64,000 nt of DNA from the NCBI GenBank assembly GCA_963743185.1, contig CAVUOT010000009.1, positions 72,421 to 136,420 on the forward strand, given 5' to 3'. Within the stretch, counting starts at the first letter, position 1. Every line of letters begins with the position of its first letter. Under the pieces are notes generated by a model. The model worked only from the letters and a program-made list of their open reading frames with translations, was not told the origin of the DNA and ran no database searches. A program made the position numbers and the translations under genes. Source of the DNA: an uncultured Chloroflexia bacterium (lineage in GTDB: Bacteria; Chloroflexota; Dehalococcoidia; DSTF01; JACRBR01). Shown piece after piece: positions 9,452-21,159 of the stretch.

Positions 9452-10342
9452 TACGTGACGGCTGCCAGCCAGCCGACTGCGAGCACCGCGGATGCCAGCG
9501 ACAGCGCGCCGAAGCCGGACCGCAACGCCACGTCGTCTCGGCGCGCGGCATACAGTGCGACGTTCGCGCCGAGGGCCGCGCAGCCAGCAACGAGCGCGGG
9601 CAGGTAGAAGCGGAGATCGTAGCGGACAAACGCGGCCGGCGCCGCGCTGAGCGCGAGCGCGGACGCAAACGCCGCCCACGTCAGCAGCGTCGAGCGGCGG
9701 CTACCGAGTCGATGCGCCAGGCCCGACGACGCCGTGCGCCGCGTCGCTGGCGAGATCGGGCAGCGTATTCGCGAGATGCAGCGCGAGGCCGATCAGCGCC
9801 CCGAGCGGCAGCAGCCACCAGAGGACGGGTTGCCATGATCCGAGCGTGAGCCACACCCAGAGCGGGAGCACCGGGATCGCGATCATGTAGGGAACGGCGC
9901 TGAGGAAGGTGCGCTTCAGGCGGACGTCGTACGCGAGGCCGCACGCCATGCCCGCCATCGCCAGCGCGAAGCCGCCGGCGCCGAGCGTCGCGGCGAGCGC
10001 GACAGCCGCGGCGATGAACGCGAGCGCGAGTGCGACCGCCGCCCGCGCGGATACGAGCCCCGCCGCGACCGGCTTCCACGGCTTCGTCGCGGCGTCGAGG
10101 TCGCGATCGAAGTAGTCGTTCGTGACGCCGATCGCGCATTGCGCGCAGAGCATCACGACGAGCATCCGCGCGAGCGTCGGAGCGTCGGGCGCCCCGCGCG
10201 CGGCGACGCAAGCGAGCCCCGCCGTCGCCACAACGTTGAGCAACGTGGGAAACGGATGGACGACGCGCGCGGCGCGAACAACTGCCGGAAGTCTGCTCGG
10301 CGGGGACGCCGTGCCTTGGGTGATGAGATCGGGCCGGGCCAT
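9452..10342 (-). CDS. UbiA-family prenyltransferase, apparent frameshift near 9720
   Basis: TM-rich sequence ...NDYFDRDLDAATKPWKPVAAGLV... ends DLASDAAHGVVG* in frame A. It continues in the +1 frame as LAHRLGSRRSTLLTWAAFASALAL...GWLAAVT*, which fits the conserved UbiA C-terminal pattern. Confidence 0.7.
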
Positions 10343-10545
10343 GGCGGGAAGAGTCACGGCTGCCTCCTGCGCTAGATGGTGCTGATCATACTCCGCGCGA
10401 GGCTGGCTGGATCGCCACGGCAACGCAATCGAGGGGAATAGATCGAAGAGCACAGCGACGATAGCCGAAAGGGGGCTTGACAGCCTCGGCGGATCCGCCA
10501 TATGGTGGATCTAGCCCGTGGGACGGGCCGTGAGTACATCCTTAG

Positions 10546-10781
10546 TAAGGGAGGTGCTTCATGAACAACCGCATCCGCTGGGGTGTCTGGCAAGTTGACT
10601 GATGGGCCCTGCCTGAGTGGGTAGGGCGCGCCGACAAGGCAGGCTCCAATGACGCACTGGACACCGGGACGCCTTTTGAGCGTTGATCCCAGTCCAACGG
10701 GGGTTACCCGTACAGGAGCCCGCCGGAACATCAGGCTAGTAGAAACCACAAGAGGCTTTCCCATCCGGAGAGCCTCTTTCG
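10546..10781 (+). promoter_or_regulatory. pyrE leader/attenuator: strong ribosome-binding site, 13-codon leader ORF, PyrR-binding-loop-like hairpin, intrinsic-terminator-like hairpin
   Basis: taAGGGAGGtgcttcATG-AAC-AAC-CGC-ATC-CGC-TGG-GGT-GTC-TGG-CAA-GTT-GAC-TGA spans 10561-10602. Structured GC-rich RNA follows. An 8-bp stem aagaggct/agcctctt (10752-10780) has a loop ttcccaUCCGGAGAGCCU resembling the PyrR binding loop UCCNGNGAGGYU, and ends 1 nt before pyrE. Confidence 0.5.
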
Positions 10782-11453
10782 TTGTCCATGTCTGACGACC
10801 CGCTGATCAGCCAATCGAACCTGTGGCTTGCCGACACGCTCTGGCGTCTCGGCGCGATCCAGTTCGGCGATTTCACCGTTGGCCGGACCACAGTCAATTC
10901 ACCCATCCACGTGAACCTCCGGCTGCTCATCGCCCACCCCACCGCGCTGGCGCGCGCCGCGCACATCGTGCTGACGGAGTTGCAGACACTGCAGTCGATG
11001 CGCAATCCCCAGATCGACCCCTTCGACATCGTGTGCGGCGTGCCGTTTGGCGGCCTCGTCGTTGCTGAGGCTTTCTCGCTCTCATCGAAGATCCCGCTGA
11101 TCTACCTCCATCCGCGGAAGGACGACCTCGAGTCCGACGTGGAGGGCATCTATCACCCCAGCCAGACGGCACTGATCATGGACGACCTGATCACCGGCGG
11201 CGGCAGCATCGTGCTGACGGCCAACCGGCTGCGAGACGAAGGTCTTTTCGTGCGCGATGCGGTGGTGCTGTTCGACCGCCAGTCAGGTGGCCGCGCGAAG
11301 CTCGAAGAGGCGGGCATCCGGCTCGTGTCGGTGTTGACGCTGGAAGTGCTGCTCACCTACTTACGGTCGAGCGGGAAGATCGGCGAGGAGTGGTTCCGGA
11401 AGAGTATGAGCTTCTTCGAGGCCAATCGCGGCCGCGACCTGGAGCCCGGCTAG
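10782..11453 (+). CDS. pyrE: orotate phosphoribosyltransferase
   Basis: The PRPP-binding motif VLFDRQSGG... and the LIMDDLITGGGS loop are present. TTG at 10782 or ATG at 10788. Confidence 0.9.
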   Translation: MSMSDDPLISQSNLWLADTLWRLGAIQFGDFTVGRTTVNSPIHVNLRLLIAHPTALARAAHIVLTELQTLQSMRNPQIDPFDIVCGVPFGGLVVAEAFSLSSKIPLIYLHPRKDDLESDVEGIYHPSQTALIMDDLITGGGSIVLTANRLRDEGLFVRDAVVLFDRQSGGRAKLEEAGIRLVSVLTLEVLLTYLRSSGKIGEEWFRKSMSFFEANRGRDLEPG

Positions 11454-11677
11454 AGCAGCCGCCGCATCGGCTTGCGACCCGGACGCGGGTCATAGTTCGA
11501 CTTGAACATCTCGAGCTTGTCGCGCTCGATCAGGTACTTCCCGGCGAACAGCACGGCCGGCACCTTCTTCTGCTTGATCAGGCGCCGCAAGCTTTGCGGA
11601 TGGATGTTGAGCAGGCGCGCCGCCTCGACAAGATCCAGGTAATTCTCGAACGGACTGGTAACCATCCGCCGCCTCAA
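11450..11677 (-). CDS. excisionase/MerR-like helix-turn-helix DNA-binding protein
   Basis: 75-aa ORF with LDLVEAARLLNIHPQSLRRLIKQKKVPAVLFAGKYLIERDKL (HTH_17-like). Its stop overlaps the pyrE stop in a convergent arrangement. Confidence 0.6.
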   Translation of the reverse strand: MRRRMVTSPFENYLDLVEAARLLNIHPQSLRRLIKQKKVPAVLFAGKYLIERDKLEMFKSNYDPRPGRKPMRRLL

Positions 11678-11737
11678 CAGTAAGACGCTATATCAGATGA
11701 GTGATACTATCACTTCCGCCAAGCGGGCGGTAGGGAT

Positions 11738-12256
11738 TTATGTCAAGACAGTCTGCCTAGCGGCGGAACCTCCAGCCCCGCGGTGGCGTTGGGGGCGTTG
11801 GCGGGTTCCGCCCGCGTCGTCCTCGGCGGGCGCTGCTGCCGATTCTGCCGCGCCCCGCAGTGCCCGCTCCATGCGACGATGCAGCATCACCATCGCCTGT
11901 GATACGGAGAGCGCCTCTTCCGGATCGGCCTTCATCTGCGGAAACAGCGAGACCGCCGTATCGGTAAAGCGCGCCACGGTGCTGGGAGCGCCATCGCGCA
12001 TGTGGTGGCCTCGAAGCTCGGTGACGCAGCCGTAGATGGCCGACAGCAGCTTCTGCGACTGTGCGTCGTCCAGTTCGATGACCGCGGATTCGCTCGCGAG
12101 TTCGCGGCCGAGGGCGATCTTCACCTCGCGGAGGCCGTGCTCGCCCGGCATGCTCGTCGCGGGATCGAGCTCGGACCCGGGGCGGCCGAGATGATAGACA
12201 AGCGCCAGATAGACAAGGCGCGGCTCGTCGTGCGTGAGTTTGAGCGCGATGGTCAT
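11738..12256 (-). CDS. hypothetical protein
   Basis: 172-aa ORF with protein-like composition; no recognisable domain. Confidence 0.45.
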   Translation of the reverse strand: MTIALKLTHDEPRLVYLALVYHLGRPGSELDPATSMPGEHGLREVKIALGRELASESAVIELDDAQSQKLLSAIYGCVTELRGHHMRDGAPSTVARFTDTAVSLFPQMKADPEEALSVSQAMVMLHRRMERALRGAAESAAAPAEDDAGGTRQRPQRHRGAGGSAARQTVLT

Positions 12257-12295
12257 CGCCGGAAGTGTACCAGCGCCCCATCCGCGTTCGCGGGA

Positions 12296-12323
12296 GGCGC
12301 AAAACGACCCCGGTTTCCCGGGG
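12296..12323 (-). terminator. intrinsic terminator downstream of the bS22 gene
   Basis: Minus strand has CCCCGG-gaaa-CCGGGG followed by UCGUUUUG. Confidence 0.5.
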
Positions 12324-12369
12324 CCGTATGTGCTCGAGACATGATCGGGGCGCCATGGGGGCGCTCCGG

Positions 12370-12468
12370 TTAGCCCTTGTGCTTGCGTTGCCAGCGCGTC
12401 TTCTTCAGCATCTTGCGGTGCTTGTGCTTGCGCATCTTCTTCTTGCGCTTCTTCACCACTGAGCTCAT
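12370..12468 (-). CDS. tiny basic ribosomal protein bS22 (AURKAIP1/COX24-like), 32 aa
   Basis: Reverse strand has GGAGGAGtgcgtATG then MSSVVKKRKKKMRKHKHRKMLKKTRWQRKHKG*. This matches the bacterial bS22 family known from Actinobacteria. It is too short for the ORF track. Confidence 0.75.
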   Translation of the reverse strand: MSSVVKKRKKKMRKHKHRKMLKKTRWQRKHKG

Positions 12469-12750
12469 ACGCACTCCTCCTCTCACAGAGATGTTTGCAG
12501 GGACAGAGCGGCTCTCCGTCCGAATCGTCGGGCAGGCTCGCGGCCCGTCCCTACACCCCTGTTCGGGGGACAGCCGAGAGTATACCCAAGCACGCCTCTA
12601 AGGACGAGACGATGCGTCAACCCGCTTCCTTGGATTGCGGAAGCTGTGATAGACTTGCGGCAAGAAGCCGGACCGGTCGCTCGCACCAGGCCCAGTGGCT
12701 TGGCTCAGGTGATCGGGGCGGCTCATTTTGTTATAGGAGGACGCATCGCG

Positions 12751-14337
12751 TTGACGGAATTCAGTAGTGGCGGCGTGGCAGACCCGGCGGTGGAGACCGC
12801 GGAGAGCGACGCAGTCTTCACCATGCAGAACTGGCTGGACTCAGGCACCGATTTCAAGACGCTGCGGCGTGGCGAAGTCATCGAAGGCTCGATCATGGCG
12901 ATCCAGCGCGATGGCGTGGTCGTCGACGTCGGATCAAAATCGGAAGGCGTGATCCCTCCGCACGAGATGCACTCGCTCGGCGCCGATCCGCTCAGCAAAG
13001 TGGCCGTCGGCGAGAAGGTCCTCGTCTACGTCATGCAGCCTGAGTCAGATCAGGGCCAGGTGACGCTATCGATCGACCGCGCGCGCGGCGAACGCGGCTG
13101 GCGTGTCTTGCAGACACGGTTCGAAGAGGGCGAGGCCTTCGACGGCGAAGTGACCGGGTTCAACAAGGGCGGCCTGCTTGTCAACGTCGAGGGCGTGCAC
13201 GCGTTCGTGCCGCTGTCGCAGGTCGTCGGCGTGCGGCCCGACGTCGAGGGCGAGGGCGGATTGGCATCGGCCGTCGGCAAGCAACTGCGGCTGAAGGTGA
13301 TCGAGATCAACCGCCGGCGCAACCGCGTCATCCTCTCCGAGCGCGCTGCGCTGCAGGAGTGGCGCTCGCAGCAGAAGGACCGCCTGCTCGCGGAGCTGAA
13401 AGAGGGCGAGATCCGCAAGGGTCGCGTCTCGAGCGTCCGCAGTTTCGGCGTGTTCATCGACCTCGGCGGCGCGGACGGCCTCGCGCACCTCAGCGAGGTC
13501 TCGTGGGACCGCAACAAGACGCCCGAAGAGATGTACCGCATCGGCGATGAGGTCGATGTGTACGTGATGAAGGTCGACGCGGAGACGAAGAAGATCGCGC
13601 TCAGCCTGCGCCGCGCGCAGCCCGAAGAATGGGATCTGATCGTCGACAAGTACCAGGTTGGCCGCGTGGTGCCGGGCATGGTGACGAAGCTCGTCACGTT
13701 CGGCGCCTTCGCGCGCATCGAGGGTCCGGTCGAAGGACTGATCCACGTGTCCGAGCTGGTCGATCGCCGCATCGCCCATCCGAAGGAAGTGGTGCGCGAG
13801 GGCGACCTGCTGCCGCTGAAGATCGTGCGCATCGAGCGCGACCGGCATCGCCTGGGCCTGAGCCTGCGCGAAGCACGGGACGAGGGCGTGAAGATGGGCT
13901 TCACGTTTACCGACGCAGGCGAGGTGCTCAGCGTCCCGGAGGACATCAAAAACGAGTTCGAAGAGCGCGAGGGCATCAAGGTCGTCGAGCGTGGCCCCGA
14001 TGATTACTCCGCGCTGCCGGTAGCCGCCGCGCCGAAACAGGAAGAACAGCCGGGCGAAGCGCCTGCGGTCGCGGCGACGCCGACACCTGCAGCCGCACCG
14101 GCGCCGCGCGTCGAAGAGCCGGAGCCGCCGTCCGCCATGGCGCAGGCGTTTGCCGCCGCCGAGGCGCAGCGCGCATCCGCCGAGGCCGCTGAGGCAACGC
14201 CCGCCGAAGCGATCGCCGAGCCCGCCGCCGACACAGCCGAAGTTGATCCGGCGCCGGCCCCAAGCGAAGCGATCGCTGAACCCGCCGCCGACGCATCGAA
14301 CGCTGAGCCGAATGCCGAGGAAGAGTCGCCGGCATAG
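12751..14337 (+). CDS. rpsA: 30S ribosomal protein S1
   Basis: Four S1 domains (e.g. GEVIEGSIMAIQRDGVVVDVG, GEVTGFNKGGLLVNVEGV, GRVSSVRSFGVFIDLGG, GMVTKLVTFGAFARIEG) plus an Ala/Glu/Pro-rich tail. TTG at 12751 lies 10 nt after AGGAGG. Confidence 0.9.
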   Translation: MTEFSSGGVADPAVETAESDAVFTMQNWLDSGTDFKTLRRGEVIEGSIMAIQRDGVVVDVGSKSEGVIPPHEMHSLGADPLSKVAVGEKVLVYVMQPESDQGQVTLSIDRARGERGWRVLQTRFEEGEAFDGEVTGFNKGGLLVNVEGVHAFVPLSQVVGVRPDVEGEGGLASAVGKQLRLKVIEINRRRNRVILSERAALQEWRSQQKDRLLAELKEGEIRKGRVSSVRSFGVFIDLGGADGLAHLSEVSWDRNKTPEEMYRIGDEVDVYVMKVDAETKKIALSLRRAQPEEWDLIVDKYQVGRVVPGMVTKLVTFGAFARIEGPVEGLIHVSELVDRRIAHPKEVVREGDLLPLKIVRIERDRHRLGLSLREARDEGVKMGFTFTDAGEVLSVPEDIKNEFEEREGIKVVERGPDDYSALPVAAAPKQEEQPGEAPAVAATPTPAAAPAPRVEEPEPPSAMAQAFAAAEAQRASAEAAEATPAEAIAEPAADTAEVDPAPAPSEAIAEPAADASNAEPNAEEESPA

Positions 14338-14449
14338 GCCGGCGGCGCGAGTGTAGATCGTGAGGTCCGGGTCGAACGGACGCGACCCGCGTTGAAGATC
14401 AGGGAGTATGCCGGTCGAGCCGCGCGCGCAAGCGCCCGACGATCATTTA

Positions 14450-14480
14450 ACGGACGCGTCGCTTTTCGCAACGCGTCCGT
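14450..14480 (+). terminator. hairpin ACGGACGCG-N13-CGCGTCCGT downstream of rpsA
   Basis: 9-bp perfect inverted repeat between rpsA and clpC. It contains CGCAACGCG and may double as an operator. Confidence 0.35.
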
Positions 14481-14549
14481 GCTGGACTTCAAAGCCTCCG
14501 TTGTGATACATTGGTTATGAAGAGTTAGCAATTAACCTGGAGCGCTGAG

Positions 14550-17024
<2,475 letters not shown>

Positions 17025-17046
17025 GCGCACTGATCAGAACATGTAG

Positions 17047-17080
17047 GAAGCCCGGTCAGATTGGCCGGGCTTCTTTGCGT
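17047..17080 (+). terminator. intrinsic terminator after clpC
   Basis: GAAGCCCGG-tcagattgg-CCGGGCTTC followed by TTTGCGTG. Confidence 0.55.
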
Positions 17081-17156
17081 GTCCCTCTGCTCTTTGCGCG
17101 CCACAGCCGCTCCGCTATGATCCACCCACCATCAGCAGCGTCAGAGGGAGGGTGCC

Positions 17157-17408
17157 ATGACAGTGCGCGGGTACGTGCTCATCGAGGCGGAAGTCGGCAA
17201 GGCGAAGGCCGTCGGCGAGGCGATCCGCAAGCTCAGCCACGGCGATGCGCGCGTGACGGCCGTCGATACGGTCACCGGCCCGTTCGACGTCATCGTCCAG
17301 CTCGAGGCGGACGATCTGGACAAGCTCGGCAACGCCATCACCGACGGCATCCAGCAGGCGGAGGGCGTGCAGCGCACGACGACCTGCCTGGCGGTGCGGC
17401 TCGGCTAG
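17157..17408 (+). CDS. stand-alone Lrp/AsnC-type ligand-binding (RAM) domain protein
   Basis: MTVRGYVLIEAEVGKAKAVGEAIRKLSHGDARVTAVDTVTGPFDVIVQLEADDLDKL is typical of a RAM domain. GGAGGG ribosome-binding site upstream. Confidence 0.65.
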   Translation: MTVRGYVLIEAEVGKAKAVGEAIRKLSHGDARVTAVDTVTGPFDVIVQLEADDLDKLGNAITDGIQQAEGVQRTTTCLAVRLG

Positions 17409-17434
17409 CGCCGCCGCCGCAAGAATCGAGAAAC

Positions 17435-17496
17435 AAGAACCTGGAACCGTGTGCGCTTGACCGCAGGTTCTAGGTTCTTCGTTCTCGGTTCTTCGT
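17435..17496. repeat. inverted GGTTC-type repeat (AAGAACCtgGAACC ... GGTTCtaGGTTCTT) plus extra GTTCT copies; probable bidirectional terminator
   Basis: 14-bp imperfect inverted repeat (17435-17448 / 17466-17479) between two convergent genes. It shares the AGGTTCY unit with the array at 52746-52792. Confidence 0.5.
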
Positions 17497-17501
17497 GCCC
17501 C

Positions 17502-18302
17502 TCACTGCATGAGACGGAAGAAGAAGCTCTCGTTCTGGTAGGCGACGAGCTTGTGGTCGGGCGTGGTGGCGAACCAGGCGCGCTGCGTCATCTGGTCCGC
17601 GCTGAGGTCGACGATCCATGCCTCGATGTCGCCGGCCGGCGTCTTCACCGTCGCCTTGTCGCCGACGGTGAGCGTGACCGTCTGCGTGTCGCGGCGGTTC
17701 GAGAAGACCGTCGTGTACGTCACGGTGTAGCCCTTCTCGAACTTGAGCGTGCGCCAGATGAACAACGACGAGTCGTTGTCGTAGGCGTGCTCGGGCACGC
17801 AGAGCGGGTTGCTGCGCGTGCTGTCGGGCTCCGAGGCGTCCGGCGGCTTGTACGTGCGCTGCTCGATCCTGACGATACGCTTCGACGAGCAGTCTTTGTC
17901 GACGTCCTCGTAAGTGGCGTCCGCCACGCGCTTCTGATCCTTGTCGGTGACGCTGTGCACGTTGCTGAGGGGCTTCAGCGTCGCCGCGTCGACCTTCGAC
18001 ACCGACTCGTCGACATTGCCGGCGTCATCGGCGGTGTGCTGGGTCAGCACGAAGGCATCGCCATCTCTCGCGATCGAGAGCGTGGTCGTCGCCTTGGGCT
18101 TGTTGTTCTCCTTCAGCTCGTAGGTGTGCGTCTCCGGCGCCGTCCAGGGGATCTGAGTGACGATGTCCGTGCGCTTCGGGCCGCTTGTGGTCGATGCGCA
18201 TGCGGCGGCCGCGGCCGGCAACAGACAACAGACGACAGCCAACAGGACGAACGCCGGTCGCCTCTGCTGTCTGCTCTCTGCTCTCTGTTCTCGCACCTTC
18301 AT
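17502..18302 (-). CDS. putative lipoprotein (signal peptide with lipobox-like AAAAC)
   Basis: MKVREQRAESRQQRRPAFVLLAVVCCLLPAAAAACAST..., 266 aa. The ATG overlaps the threonine aldolase stop (ATGA). Confidence 0.6.
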   Translation of the reverse strand: MKVREQRAESRQQRRPAFVLLAVVCCLLPAAAAACASTTSGPKRTDIVTQIPWTAPETHTYELKENNKPKATTTLSIARDGDAFVLTQHTADDAGNVDESVSKVDAATLKPLSNVHSVTDKDQKRVADATYEDVDKDCSSKRIVRIEQRTYKPPDASEPDSTRSNPLCVPEHAYDNDSSLFIWRTLKFEKGYTVTYTTVFSNRRDTQTVTLTVGDKATVKTPAGDIEAWIVDLSADQMTQRAWFATTPDHKLVAYQNESFFFRLMQ

Positions 18303-19340
18303 GCGAGCGCCGACGCGGCGTGCTGCACACGCTCCAGCGCCTCTTCGATGTCGCCGCGCTCGATGCCGTAGTGCGTGACCATGCGCAGGCGCCCGGGCGC
18401 CGTGATCGTCGAGAGCACACCCGACTGCTTCATCGCGCGCGCGAAGCCCAGCCAGTCGCCGCGCACGCCGAAGATGACGATGTTCGTGTCGATGCTGCCC
18501 GGGGTCGAGATCGACCATCGGCAGCCCGGCGAGGCCGCCCGCGAGAAGCTTCGCGTTCACATGGTCGTCCGCCAGGCGGTCAACCATGTGCTCGAGCGCG
18601 TACACGCCCGCAGCGGCAATGATGCCGCCCTGGCGCATGCCGCCGCCGACCATCTTGCGCATCTTGCGTGCGCGCGCGATGAACTCGCCGGAAGCGCAAA
18701 GCACCGAGCCGACGGGCGCGCCGAGCCCTTTCGAGAGACAGAAGCCGACCGAATCGGCCGGCGCGGTGAGCGCGGCGACGCTCGTGCCCAGCGCGACGGC
18801 CGCGTTGAAGATGCGCGCGCCGTCGATGTGCACGCGCACGCCGTGTCGGTGCGCGACGTCCGCGAGCGCTGCGATGTCCTCGACGGGGATCGCGGCGCCG
18901 CTGCAGCGGTTGTGCGTGTTCTCGAGGCAGAGCAGCGACGTCGTCGGCGTGTGGACGTTCTCGCCGCGGATCGTCGCTTCGACCTCCGCCGGGTCGATGC
19001 GGCCGCGCGCGTCGTTTGCGACGGGGCGGAGCTGCACGCCGGCGACGCCGGCTGCGCCGGCGACTTCGTAGTGCAGGATGTGCGACTCGCTGCCGACGAT
19101 CGCCTCGTCGCCGCGCCCGCAGTGCGTCATGATGGCGACGAGGTTGCTCATCGTGCCGCTGGCGACGAAGAGCGCGGCTTCCTTGCCCGTGCGCTCGGCG
19201 GCCATCGTCTCGAGCCGCCGGATCGTCGGGTCTTCTCCGAAGACGTCGTCGCCGACGGGCGCGGCCGCGATGGCGCGGCGCATCTCGTCGGAGGGCAGCG
19301 TGACGGTGTCGCTCCGCAGATCGATGATGCGATCACTCAT
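18299..19340 (-). CDS. ltaE: low-specificity L-threonine aldolase, apparent frameshift at the CCCGGGG run near 18499-18505
   Basis: N-terminal part: MSDRIIDLRSDTVTLPSDEMRRA...GTMSNLVAI...KGLGAPVGSVL. The C-terminal end (IDTNIVIFGV...RLRMVTHYGIERGDIEEALERVQHAASALA*) is in another frame. Confidence 0.8.
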
Positions 19341-19834
19341 CGGCGGTCGCACCTGCGGGCCATAGTGTCTGGAAGCCTTCGCTGCCGCGGATCGCCGCCA
19401 CCTCCACCTTCCGCTCCTCCTCGATGATCTGCCGGTACGCCTCGTCACACTGCGCCCGCGGTGTCGGGCCAGCCCAGGGCCACGAGGCGCCGCGCTACGT
19501 GATCCCAGAGACCGGCCTCCGCGAGCGCCCGCGCGTGCCGCGGCCACTCGAACGTCAGGATGCGCTCCGGCGCGCGGAACCGCGGGCGCATGACCTTGAG
19601 GGCGCGGAATCGCTCCTCGGCATTGGCGGCGGGCGGCACGACCTTGATCAGCGGGCCGCACTCGTCGTTCGTGCGGGTGTCGATGAGCAGTCTCCGGTCG
19701 GTGACGGCGAAGCGGACGACGAGCACTTCCGCCGCATCGATGACGCGGCGCACTTCGTCGAGATCAATGCCGAAGCCGACGCTCACAGGATCCCTCGCAC
19801 AGGGCATTCTAGATTCGAATCGATGCCCGAACAA
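19333..19834 (-). CDS. hypothetical protein, probable frameshift near 19450; its stop overlaps the ltaE start
   Basis: ORF 19445..19834 ends AGAV*. The +1 frame continues QCDEAYRQIIEEERKVEVAAIRGSEGFQTLWPAGATADE* and ends inside ATGAGTGA at the ltaE start. Confidence 0.35.
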
Positions 19835-19901
19835 GGAACGGGCGCAACGAAGGCCGGGCGCGCGCCCGGCCTTCGTTCTATGATCGACACGTGTGTGGCG
19901 C

Positions 19902-21053
19902 TTACAGCGCGCTCTTGTAGATGGCGCTGAGGTCCTCGGCGGTGCCGGGGCGGGGCGCCGCGATGAAGATGCCCTGCGACTTCTGGGCGTCCTCGACGAA
20001 CTGCGGGATGTCCGACTCCTTCATGCCGACGTCGCTGAGCTTCGACGGGACGCTGATGTCGCTGCGCAGCGATCGCACGGCCGCGACGACTTCCGCGGCC
20101 GCCTTGTTCGCGGGCATGCCGTGGGCATTGATGCCCATCAGCGGCGCGATCTCAAGCAGTGGCTCGGCGAGGAACTCCTTGTGGAAGTCGAGCACCTGCG
20201 AGAGCAGGATGGCGTTGGCGACGCCGTGCGGCGTGCCGAGGCGGCCGCTGACGACGTGCGAGAGCCCGTGCACCTGGCCGAGGCCCTGCGCCATCGACTG
20301 TCCGGCGATGTCGGCCGCGTACAGCATGTGCGTCAGAGCCGCGGGCCGGTCCGGTCCGTTCACCGCCTGGCGGAGGTTCTTGCTGATCTGCTGGATGGCG
20401 CGCGTCGCGAACATGCGCGTGAACGGCGTGTTGGCCGGGTTGACGTACGCCTCGATGGCATGCGTCAACGCGTCCATGCCCGTCGCCGCGGTGATCGGCG
20501 CCGGCATCTTGGCGACGAGCCGCGGGTCCAGGATCGCGACGTTCGGCGTGCAGTTCAGCATCAGGTGCTTGTAGTGGCTGGCCGGATCCGTGATGACCGC
20601 CGCGGGCGAGATCTCCGAGCCGGTGCCGCAGGTCGTCGGAATCGCGAAGAGCGGCATCACCTTCCCCGGAAACGGCGTGGCACCGACGCCAAACAGGTAC
20701 TCCTTCGAGGTCGGGCCGCCCATCGCGAGCGTCACCGCGACGCCCTTGGCCGCGTCGATGGCGCTGCCACCGCCGACGCCCACGACGAAGTCGCCTCCGG
20801 AGTCCCGCATCGCCGCGACGCCGCCGTCGACCTCCGGGATCGTCGGGTTGGGAGTGACGTTCTCATAGACGGTGTGCGCAACCTCCGCCTCGTCGAGCGA
20901 TGCGAGGATCGAGTCGAGGATGCCGGCGGCCCGGATGCCGGGGTCTGTGACAACAAAGGCGTGCTTGTATCCGGCGGCCTTGGCGCGCTGCCCCAGCTCG
21001 GCGATGCAGCCGTCGCCGAAGACCGTCTCGACGCGCAATGCGAATGATGGCAT
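19902..21053 (-). CDS. iron-containing (group III) alcohol dehydrogenase
   Basis: 383-aa ORF with GGGSAIDAAK, the GTGSE motif, and metal-binding His residues (HAIEAY, HGLSH). Confidence 0.85.
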   Translation of the reverse strand: MPSFALRVETVFGDGCIAELGQRAKAAGYKHAFVVTDPGIRAAGILDSILASLDEAEVAHTVYENVTPNPTIPEVDGGVAAMRDSGGDFVVGVGGGSAIDAAKGVAVTLAMGGPTSKEYLFGVGATPFPGKVMPLFAIPTTCGTGSEISPAAVITDPASHYKHLMLNCTPNVAILDPRLVAKMPAPITAATGMDALTHAIEAYVNPANTPFTRMFATRAIQQISKNLRQAVNGPDRPAALTHMLYAADIAGQSMAQGLGQVHGLSHVVSGRLGTPHGVANAILLSQVLDFHKEFLAEPLLEIAPLMGINAHGMPANKAAAEVVAAVRSLRSDISVPSKLSDVGMKESDIPQFVEDAQKSQGIFIAAPRPGTAEDLSAIYKSAL

Positions 21054-21159
21054 GGAACTCTCCTGGAATCACTGGCAGATCGGGTCGCTGCGGCCGGCGC
21101 CATGCCGGGCACGCCAGAGCACTATGGATCGCGGACTCGCTTCGGGCAATCGCCGCCGG

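Noticed and set aside
17435-17496. CRISPR or IS terminal-repeat interpretation of the GGTTC inverted repeat
   Set aside because: It is a single imperfect palindrome between convergent genes with no adjacent transposase or cas genes. A bidirectional terminator or binding site fits better.
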